A stretch of 64,000 bases of DNA from an uncultured cyanobacterium (GTDB lineage: Bacteria > Cyanobacteriota > Cyanobacteriia > CAKZMO01), in assembly GCA_963719515.1 (NCBI GenBank), contig CAVRCJ010000006.1:288001-352000 (forward strand). Direction: 5' to 3'. How positions within the stretch are numbered: position 1 is the first letter of the stretch; each line of letters begins with the position of its first letter. The translations under genes were made by a program, and so were the position numbers. A model generated the notes under the pieces. It saw nothing but the letters and a program-made list of their open reading frames with translations, had not been told where the DNA came from and did no database searches. Shown piece after piece: positions 21,389 through 30,400 of this stretch.

Positions 21389-22486
21389 CTATGGCGACTG
21401 GTGGGGGGGCACAGCGGCGTTTGGACCTTTTTTATCAGCGCGGCGGGCAATCTTGTCGGCTATTTCCTGCGTGTAGAGCTTAGCTGCAGATTCGATCACA
21501 TGGTCAGCATTTTCCATTTGGTTCACCCCAAACGTCACTGGGTCATCCATAATCACATGCATGCGATCGCTTCCGCGCGTTTCCCGCCTGAGCTGCTGCT
21601 GAACCTGACGAAAATAGCGGCGAAACTTTGGATTTTTGTACAGCCCCTGGTACAGAGGGCTGGCCACGATGTACACGTCAAATTCATGTTCGTCCGCGAG
21701 GTCTTGGATCGCTGATAGCGATCGCCGATTAATATCGGAGATGGGCTCGGCGCGACCCCTGACATCGCTAATATGTCCTGCGGCGTCTTCTACGACGCTT
21801 TCGGGGTTGGGGTTGTATTTAGCCATAAAGCCGCTGGGGGACACCGCGAATTCTTTCCCTTTTTTGAAGGTCTTGGTGGGCTTTTGCAAGAAGTCCGCCA
21901 GGGTTTTGCTTGAGGTGTAGAGATGCAGATGTTTGTACGAAAACCACTGAAGCTTTTGACCAAAATCGGGAGATAGCGGCGGCGTAAAGGAGCGCATCGA
22001 CGCTTGGGACAGCGGCGTTCTAGAGAGGTGGGCGAACGTCTCGCTACCGACGTCTCGCTGCCACAGGTCATAGACATGAACGATAACGACCTGTTTTGGA
22101 GGTCCCACCTGATCGATATGCCGCTCCAGCATCCAGGCGTCGTTGAATACTAACAGCGGACCGTATATGCATAGGTTGAGCGCGGTTCCCCCCAACGCTT
22201 CGCTCAAAACTTCTGGTACAACGCCCTGGTTGCAGCTTGAATCCCCTAGCACTAGCCAGTCTACAGGCTGCTCTAAACGGGTCAGCAGGTTCCATTTATG
22301 ACTGGCTAAGAAATAGCCACGGTTTGAGATCAAGTACTTGAAAAATACGTTCGCCCCGCTGTTGAGGAAAACGACCAAGACCAGCGCCCCCAAAAGATTT
22401 AGGCAAACCTCTCTCGCTTTTGAGGATCTTATTTTCTCGCTAGGGACTGAGGTTTTGACGCGATCGCCGTTGGAGGCTTGATTCAT
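21389..22486 (-). CDS. SGNH/DltD/AlgJ-like membrane-anchored protein, probable MBOAT partner
   Basis: N-terminal TM, LGDSS (block I), C-terminal ADH; directly downstream of the MBOAT gene on the same strand. Confidence 0.65.
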   Translation of the reverse strand: MNQASNGDRVKTSVPSEKIRSSKAREVCLNLLGALVLVVFLNSGANVFFKYLISNRGYFLASHKWNLLTRLEQPVDWLVLGDSSCNQGVVPEVLSEALGGTALNLCIYGPLLVFNDAWMLERHIDQVGPPKQVVIVHVYDLWQRDVGSETFAHLSRTPLSQASMRSFTPPLSPDFGQKLQWFSYKHLHLYTSSKTLADFLQKPTKTFKKGKEFAVSPSGFMAKYNPNPESVVEDAAGHISDVRGRAEPISDINRRSLSAIQDLADEHEFDVYIVASPLYQGLYKNPKFRRYFRQVQQQLRRETRGSDRMHVIMDDPVTFGVNQMENADHVIESAAKLYTQEIADKIARRADKKGPNAAVPPHQSP

Positions 22487-22515
22487 TGATGGGGGGCCAC
22501 AAAATAACGCTTTCT

Positions 22516-24004
22516 TTAGAACTGAAAGTAGATAAACTCAGCTGTGTCGCGACTGCTAAAGACAATAATAGCCGCCAGGAAAGCGCCGTACAGCGGCACG
22601 CGAATCCAAAATTTCAGCTGGGTTAAGGTCAGTAAGTCTTGAGACCGGAGCTGTAGCCATTGAACAGCAACCAGAGGAAGGCTAAAGAATAGCAGATCGT
22701 AGGCCAGGTCAAGGCTATTGGCAGATGGGGTTAGGCCAAGATGGGTAATCATATAGCCTGCTTGCGAAAGACTGGTAGAGCGAAACAAAATCCAGCCAAT
22801 ATTGGTTAGGAAAAACATTGTGGCAACGCTGAGCCACTGGACAAGACCCCCCAACGCGCCTTGTCTCGACGGCGGAGACCGAGACGACAAGCGCTTGTCG
22901 TCGCCATCCTCGGCGGCGCTTGGGTAGGCTTCTTGACCAGCGCTACCGATGTAGGGCTGGATGATTCGGTAGCCAATTAGCAGCGCGCCGTGGAAGGCAC
23001 CCCAAAGAATAAAGTTCCAGGCTGCTCCGTGCCATAGACCACAGAGCAGCATCGTAATTGCTAGGTTGCGATAGGTTGCTGTGCGCACCTGCGCGGTTGC
23101 CCCCCAACGGAATGTAGACGTAGTCTCGAAACCAGGTTGATAGGGAAATATGCCAGCGCGCCCAAAAATCACTTGGGTTGGCGGCAAAGTAGGGGAGCTT
23201 GAAGTTGATCATCAGCTCAAACCCCATCAGCTTGGCTAGTCCTCTAGCAATGTCAGAGTAGCCTGAGAAGTCACCGTAGATTTGCAGCGTAAACGCCAGG
23301 GTGCCGATGACAATATCGAGACCTTGGTAACTTGTATACTCCTCAAAAACGGTCGCGGCAACGTTGCCAAGGCTGTCGGCCACGACAAGCTTTTTGAAGT
23401 ACCCCCACAGAATCAAGAACAGTCCCGCGTTAATTTGATCGGCGCGGAGGGTACGAGGCGACTGAATTTGGGGCAAGAAGGTCGACGCCCGTTCGATAGG
23501 GCCGGCAACGAGCTGAGGGAAAAAGGAAACAAAAAGGGCAAAATCAATGCCGTTACGCACGGCGGACATTTTTTGCCGGTAGACATCGATGCTGTAGCTC
23601 AGGGTCTGAAAGGTATAGAACGAAATACCCACGGGTAAAATCACGTTCAAAAAAACTGGGTCGGCCTGTAGTCCCAATAGAGCGATCGCCCGCCCGGCAG
23701 TTTCCGAAAAGAAATTGAAGTATTTGAAGAACCCCAGAATTGATAGATTTGACGCCAAGGAAATTATCAAAAATATCCGCCGCGATCGCTCACTTTTCGA
23801 CTGCTCGATTTTGAGTCCTACCCAAAAGTCGATCAGGGTTGAGCCAATCAACAGCAGTAAAAATCGAGCATCCCAGTAGCCATAGAAAAGGTAGCTCGCG
23901 GTTAAAAGCAGGCAGTTTTGCGCTCTATAGCGATCCTTGAGGACAGCATATGCGGAGTAAACGATGCAGAAAAAGGCAACAAAAATGAAAGAGTTGAAGA
24001 GCAT
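22516..24004 (-). pseudogene. MBOAT O-acyltransferase (AlgI/DltB-like) split by a +1 frameshift near 23083
   Basis: Frame 1 has [35 protein letters not shown] and YIPLGGNR; frame 2 continues [15 protein letters not shown]...FIYFQF. Confidence 0.88.
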
Positions 24005-24255
24005 ACTTTGTGCGCACCTTTTTCTGTCGTCTGCCTATTCGGGCCAGACTGACTCGGTAATTTCAGTAATTCTATCCTACTGAGAGCGCTGAGCGATATG
24101 ACGGGAAGAATTACTGCGGCCTCTACTATCTTGACGCAGACGGAGCCGTACACTTATAGGTAAGGCACTAGGCTTTAATAGAATATACGGAAAATGTCCT
24201 AATGCTTAAGACATTTGCACGCCACATTGCCTATGCTATGTGAGGGTTTGAGCCC

Positions 24256-24280
24256 GCGACATTGTCCTAGACAATGTGGC
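24256..24280. promoter_or_regulatory. Inverted repeat, candidate operator in the divergent MBOAT/gasdermin-like promoter region
   Basis: gcgacattgtc-cta-gacaatgtggc (10/11 match); a half-site copy gccacattg lies at 24221-24229. Confidence 0.45.
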
Positions 24281-24322
24281 AAAGCTAACTCCTAGATGAA
24301 GCTACACAGGATATAGCACAAA

Positions 24323-24970
24323 ATGGTTCAGGATATCGAGAGAATGCTGGGGGAGATACTTCCCGAAATAAACTTTCTAAAAATTTCAAACTCTAAAATA
24401 ATTCCTGGCTCTCTACTGGAGTCTTCTGATATTGATCAATGGGTTGGAAACATCCAAGACGTTTTAGTGACTCATTTCGACAAAGAGGATTTTGAAACGG
24501 AAATCATCCCAGCCTCTTTGAACCTCAGACAAGCAAAGCGCTCGTTTTCCGGGGACGCAGCGATTAATATTTTAGGATTATTTGGCCTCAACCTAAAGCG
24601 ACAGTCTCAGCTCAGCCTAAACATCGAAATAGCTCAGGTCAAAGTTCGCCAGTTTAAGTCGAGTAAGATAGGTATCATCCAGCTGGAGAGAGTATTTAAA
24701 AATCTCAAGGAAGAAGACAGCGATACCTTTAAAAGTTTGCGAGGACGATTCTTGGTGTTCTCCGCGTTCTACGCCAGTCAGCTGAGACTAGAGTTTAGCG
24801 AGCTTTCTGGCAGCGGTGGTAGTCTCAAAACAGATTTGGAAGAAGTAGACGCTGGCATTGAATTTTCTGTTCGAGAAGATGCGGTATTCGTTAGCAAGAA
24901 CGATGCAATTCCGTTCGGCGTCTTTGGCTACGAAATTACGAAAACCGGCGTGATTCTCGAGACAGTATAG
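24323..24970 (+). CDS. Gasdermin-like pore-forming-domain protein (putative)
   Basis: Motif order resembles bacterial gasdermins: I.PGSLLE, VG.I..V, two amphipathic beta-hairpin regions, FLV.S.FYA..LRLEF, PFGV. Upstream in-frame TAG at 24314; caggat RBS-like site. Confidence 0.65.
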   Translation: MVQDIERMLGEILPEINFLKISNSKIIPGSLLESSDIDQWVGNIQDVLVTHFDKEDFETEIIPASLNLRQAKRSFSGDAAINILGLFGLNLKRQSQLSLNIEIAQVKVRQFKSSKIGIIQLERVFKNLKEEDSDTFKSLRGRFLVFSAFYASQLRLEFSELSGSGGSLKTDLEEVDAGIEFSVREDAVFVSKNDAIPFGVFGYEITKTGVILETV

Positions 24971-24991
24971 CGCGATCGCCGTCTCTCGGCT

Positions 24992-25618
24992 TTACTCAAT
25001 CCGATATATCCAGGTCTGCAGATACAGGTCGGGCTGCCCTTTTGGTTCAGCGAGATACCGGTCTCCTTGCTCTATCAATAGCCACTGCTTTTGCGTCTCC
25101 AAGTCCGCCATTTTGCTCTTAAAGTCGCTGCTCTCATAAAAATCAGGGCGCAGGGTAAAAATAATCTGTCCGCCTGGTTTCGTCACCCGAATCAGTTCGT
25201 CGAACGCGCGGCTAGGGGCGTGGCCATAGGTAAAGACGCCGCAGGCGGTTACCGCGTCAAACATGTCGCTAGCAAAATCTAAAGGCTCCCCCAAGATCAT
25301 CTGCCGCAGTTCAGTATAGACCGCCTTCTTTTGCGCCTCAGCCAGCATTCCTTCAGAGAGGTCAATGGCGACCAGATGGCGATAGCCTTCCTTATGCAGC
25401 CACTGACCCAGGGTACCGGTACCCGCTCCGGCGTCTAGAATACAAGCGGTTTTAGGAACATATTTAAGCGTCAGGTCGACGATGGGCTCGCGGCCAGGGC
25501 GACCAAATACGCGGGTTAGATCGTCTTCGTATTCCCGAGACCACTGATTGTAGCGCTGAGCTAGCTCTTGGTTGTTCTGAGAATCGTAAACCCACTGGAC
25601 TTTGTCTTCTGTATTCAT
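24992..25618 (-). CDS. Class I SAM-dependent methyltransferase
   Basis: ILDAGAGTG, IDLSEGML, LIRVTKPGG; start overlaps the PKS stop by 4 bp. Confidence 0.92.
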   Translation of the reverse strand: MNTEDKVQWVYDSQNNQELAQRYNQWSREYEDDLTRVFGRPGREPIVDLTLKYVPKTACILDAGAGTGTLGQWLHKEGYRHLVAIDLSEGMLAEAQKKAVYTELRQMILGEPLDFASDMFDAVTACGVFTYGHAPSRAFDELIRVTKPGGQIIFTLRPDFYESSDFKSKMADLETQKQWLLIEQGDRYLAEPKGQPDLYLQTWIYRIE

Positions 25619-27456
25619 TGGCTTGTTGGCTTAGTTTGGTTGATTGCTAAGCAGCGTCTGAGCCGCTGGGCCAGCGTCAACACGCAGGGTTCCATCATCA
25701 TGGTGAAGTGATTGCCGGGAACCCGGTGAAACGCTAGCGGTTGGCCAGAAAGCTGGCTCCAGCCCCAGGTGGGGTCTTTGAGCGTCGCCTCTAAGCCGGG
25801 GAGAAAGCTGTCTTCTGGGTGGACGTCACTGGCCCGCAGAAGGGTGATTGAGCTGGGATATCCCACCTGAAGCTCGTACTGGGTCATGGCCTGCATATTG
25901 GCTTTGTACACCTGGAACAGCCGCTTCAGCTCTGCTACGTTGAACGCCTGCCCTGCTTTTTTTAAAGCAGAGCAGAGCAGGTCTATCTGCTGGTCTAAGC
26001 TCAAGCTGCCCAGCGCCGGCGGTGAGTCCAACGCTTGCTCAAAGGAGCGTTCAAATACGCTGATGAACCCTTTGGCGTATCGGCTGTCGCTCCAGTGAAT
26101 GGCATCTTTTTCATAGTCCACAACGGGCACCTGAATATCCATCACCACAAGCCGGGAGTCGTGACCTTGGGCCTGTAGTTGGTTAGCAATTTCAAAGGCA
26201 ACTTTGCCCCCAAAAGAGTGGCCGCCCAGAAGATAAGGGCCGTGGGGCTGGACCGCTTGGATGGCTTTGATGTGGTGGGCAGCAATGTCGGCCATGGTTG
26301 TGTAGGGGTCAACCTCTTCATCAAGACCGAGCGATCGCAAGCCATAGAATGGCTGCTCAGACCCTAAATGGCGGGCAAGGGGCTCTAGTTCGAACACGTT
26401 GCCCAAAATTCCAGGCAGGCAGAAAAAGGGCGGTTTGGACCCCTGGGGCTGGATGGCAACGAGGGTAGAGCAAAAGCCGCTTTGGCTACAGGAGGGCGCT
26501 GACTGGTCTAACGCCAGGGTCTCTGCGAGGTAGTCGACCAGCGCGTCTAGGGTGGGGTAGTCGAACAGGAGGGTTGAGCGAAGACTGCGGCCCAGGCTTT
26601 TTTGCAGAGAGCTGCGCAGCTCGATCGCCATCAGCGAGTCTAGCCCTAGGTCAAACAGCCGCTGAGTGGGCTCAATGCTCTTCGGGTCTTGGAAGCCCAG
26701 AGTTTTCGCAGCCGTGGCCCGAACGCTGGCGGCCAGCGCTTCGCGGCTCGTCGGCAGAGTCTGAGCGATCGCTAATGACTGTGGTGCAGGCTGGGTAGCA
26801 GGCAGGGTAGCTGCTTGGGACATCACGGTCTGATAGAAGGGAGACACCTGCTGCCCCTCTATCCAGGTCGACCATTGCACCGGCAGCACGACCACTTGAC
26901 TGACGTCTTGTCCCGTCAGCTGGCCAAGTAATTCAAACCCCTCTGTAGGGCGAATAAACTCAAAGCCCTGGGCCTCTAGCTTCAGCTGCTGATCCTCAGT
27001 CAGCTTCGCGGCCATCCCCACGTCTTTCCAAGCACCCCAGTTGAGGCACAGGGCCGGTAGCCCCAGGGCTCGGCGATGGTGAGCGATCGCATCTAAAAAC
27101 GCGTTAGCGGCGATATAGTTCCCTTGCCCTAAGGTGCCTGTGACTGAGGCAGCAGAGGAGAAACAGATAAACAGATCTAGAGGTAACGCTTGGGTCAGCT
27201 GGTGCAGATGCCAAGTCCCCAACACTTTGGGGGCCATGACCCTTTCGAAGCGCTCCCAGGACTGGTGCTGAAGAACGCCGTCGTCTAAGACACCAGCGGC
27301 ATGAATGACGCCGCGGAGGGGGGAGGGACAGCTATCGATTAGGCGGGCGACGTCGTCACGCTGGGACACATCCGCCTTGACCACGAGAATCTGGGCCCCG
27401 CTTTGCTCTAGCTGGTGAACCTTCTCTTGGACCTCTGGCTGAATTTGGGAGACCAT
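25615..27456 (-). CDS. C-terminal part of NRPS-PKS: KR catalytic half, ACP, thioesterase
   Basis: HAAGVLDDG, NYIAANA (KR Tyr), LGLDSL (ACP Ser), GHSFG (TE Ser), GNH. Confidence 0.92.
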   Translation of the reverse strand: MVSQIQPEVQEKVHQLEQSGAQILVVKADVSQRDDVARLIDSCPSPLRGVIHAAGVLDDGVLQHQSWERFERVMAPKVLGTWHLHQLTQALPLDLFICFSSAASVTGTLGQGNYIAANAFLDAIAHHRRALGLPALCLNWGAWKDVGMAAKLTEDQQLKLEAQGFEFIRPTEGFELLGQLTGQDVSQVVVLPVQWSTWIEGQQVSPFYQTVMSQAATLPATQPAPQSLAIAQTLPTSREALAASVRATAAKTLGFQDPKSIEPTQRLFDLGLDSLMAIELRSSLQKSLGRSLRSTLLFDYPTLDALVDYLAETLALDQSAPSCSQSGFCSTLVAIQPQGSKPPFFCLPGILGNVFELEPLARHLGSEQPFYGLRSLGLDEEVDPYTTMADIAAHHIKAIQAVQPHGPYLLGGHSFGGKVAFEIANQLQAQGHDSRLVVMDIQVPVVDYEKDAIHWSDSRYAKGFISVFERSFEQALDSPPALGSLSLDQQIDLLCSALKKAGQAFNVAELKRLFQVYKANMQAMTQYELQVGYPSSITLLRASDVHPEDSFLPGLEATLKDPTWGWSQLSGQPLAFHRVPGNHFTMMMEPCVLTLAQRLRRCLAINQTKPTSQ

Positions 27457-30400
27457 CTTCCCCGACGGCTAGCTAAGACGATACAGCTAGCCCCCTGCTC
27501 AATTAGCCACTGCGCCGCCTCAAGACCGAGCCCCCCTAAGCCGCCGGTCACTAGATAGCTGCCCTCTGAATGGATGCGCGCTGAATCCACCTCCGGCATC
27601 GCCAAGACCACCTTGCCCCGATGCTGCGCCCCCGCCATAAACCGAAAGGCGTCAACCACGTTGGCGAGGGGGAAGGTCTGCAGGGGGAGGGGCTTAAGGC
27701 TGCCGTCGGCAAAGCCTGACAGAAGGCTTTTAAATAGCACAGGAAGTAAACCGGGATTTTTTACCGACTCTTCTCCCAAGTCGAAAGGAAAATAGGCGGC
27801 ATCAGGACGGCGCTGCTGCACCGTTTCCTCACTCCAAATGTCGCGCTTACCCAACTCCACAAAGCGCCCGTTTTGAGCCAGGACCTCAAAGCTTTTGTCG
27901 ACAAAGTCTTTGCTAAAGCTATTGAGAACGATGTCAACGCCTTGGCCGTCGGTGAGTCGCTCAATGTCCTCAGCAAAATCCAGCGTGCGGGAGTTCATCA
28001 CGTGGTTGACGCCCATGGCCTTGAGGAACGCCCACTTTCCGGGGCTAGCGGTGCCAAACACCTCTGCCCCTGCCCGCTGCGCCAGCTGCACAGCGGCCTG
28101 ACCAACCCCACCTGCAGCGGAGTGAATGAGGATGCGATCGCCCGCCTGAATGTGGGCTAGCCCGTGGAGAGCGTAGTGGGCCGTCAAGAAGGCGGCGGGA
28201 AGGGTTGCGGCGTCCTGAAAGGTGAATCCTGCGGGCAGTTTGGCCACCTGGCCAGCAGGCGTGGTGACCCAGCTGGCTAGACTGCCAGGAGCCAAGGCCA
28301 TGACGCGATCGCCCGCCTGCAGGTGAGAGACCTTTTCTCCCACGGCAGCCACTTCACCGGCGCACTCGAACCCTAAGAGAACATCCCCCGACTGCCGAAT
28401 CCCTAGCTCGGTTTCGTAGTACTCCTGAAGCATACCCAGGGCATTGAGGACATCCCGAAAATTCAGTCCGGCAGCGCAGACTCGAATTTCCACCTCGTCG
28501 GGCCCAGGCGGGCGGCGCGTCAGTGGCGCTAGCCTGAGGTTCTCTAAAAGGCCATAGTGCTCTATTTGGACCCGCACCGGGGCGGTGCCGGGGTCAAGTT
28601 TGGCGTCCAAAGTAAAGGGCTTCAGCCGGGGAACGTAGCGGACGCCGTGGCGATAGCCTACTTGGTCTTCTCGATCGGGAGACAAAAGCTCGGCCTGCAG
28701 CGCTTCTGCGGCCTGCGTAGCGTCTGCCGACGGGTCTAAGTCCAGACGTCTACACTGAAGCTCTGGATATTCAAGGGCGATGGCCTGGCCCAAGCCCCAG
28801 AGGGGAGCTTGGTGAACCTGGAGCGGGCCTGAATCGATGGGTCTTGCCCCCTGGGTGACGAGCCACAGGGGGGGGCGCTCTCCCTCAGCTTTAGCCAGCG
28901 CCTGAACGAGATGCAGCGCGCTCCCCGCCCCCAGACGCTGCGATCGCGCTATATGCCCTTCCGTCAGCCCTAGCCCTTGCTCTTCCTCTTCGACGCTCCA
29001 TAGATGAATCACGCCCCGCCAGGGAAGCGGGCAGTCGGCAAGGAGCTGCTGAAATTGTTCGGGAGCTGCCGGGTCAAGCCGATAGCGCTCTGCCGTCCCA
29101 TCATTTGCGGCTAGCTGGTAGCCCGGACCGGGAACAACCAGCGTACAGCGGTGCCCCTGCTGAAGCAGCCTTTGGGCTAGGGTTTCGCCAATTTCGCCGG
29201 GGTCCGTCAAGATCAGCCAGCGACCAGGGGTAGCATCTTGGGGCGCGATCGTTTCCGCTGCAGGTTGCCAGGCAATCTCATAGAGGTGGTCTTCTAGCCC
29301 TGCTGCGCCGCTGGCGTTGGCCTCCATGCCCTTTCGTAACGCCAGCCCAGAGGCCAGCGCAACCAGATTCCCTTCGTCGTCAAATAGATGAACCTCGGCG
29401 GTTAGGGTTTCGCTGACGTCAGTCTTTCCCGGTTGGAGGGTGGCGTAGCTCCACAGGTGGCGGCTGGGCGGACGATAGACCTGCAGGCGCTCCAAAATTA
29501 CGGGCAAGTAGGTTCCCTCAGGCAAGATAGCCCCCAGGGTGTGAAGACCGGCGTCGAGAACCGCCGGATGCAGCCGGTAGCGGCCGACGTCTCGCCACAC
29601 CGCATCCGGCACCCGAAGACGGCTCAGGGCAACGCCATCACCCTTCCACAGCTGTTCTATACCCCGGAAGCTGGGGCCAAAGTCGATGTGGTGCGATCGC
29701 CGCCCCTGATAGAAGCGTTCAGCGGAAATGCCGTCGGTACAGGCGGCCTGCCAAGCCGCTAGGTCGAACGCCACCGGCTGAACAGAGGCGGGGGATGTGG
29801 GCTGTTCCGCCCTTATCTGCCCCGAGGCGTGACGGGTCCAAACTGGTTCATCAGAGGACTGCTCTGCAGTCGGGGCTGCGCCAAAAATCTCAAACCGATA
29901 GACCTCTTTACCCTCCGAGGTTAGGGCAATCTGCAGGGTATGGGGCGAGGCGCTGTCTTCGGCCAGCACTAGGGGCTGCTCGATAAATATTTCCTCTAAG
30001 ACAAGCTGCTCTACGCGCTGGCCGTCAGTCTTAGCAAACGCTTTTGCGCCTGCGGCTAGCGCAATTTCGACATAAGCCGTCAGCGGCAAGACGGCCTCGC
30101 CATAAATGCGGTGGTCGGCAAGGTAGGTCAGGGCGGCATTGCATAGGCTAATGCGAGATTGAAACCGCAGCTCTTGGGAGCCCGCCAGCTGTATCTGCTG
30201 GCCGAGGAGGGGATGTCCGTAGGGGACAGGCGCTACCGCAGGGAGAGGAGGCTGAGGGTCTAGCCAGTAGCGCTGCCGCTGAAATGGGTAGGTGGGCAGG
30301 TGCTCCCGGCGACGGGGGTAGTCGCGGTCGAAGCCGAGCCAGCTGACGGGGACGCCCCGCAGGTAGAGCTGAGAGAGGCTATCGAGGATGACCTGCCAGT

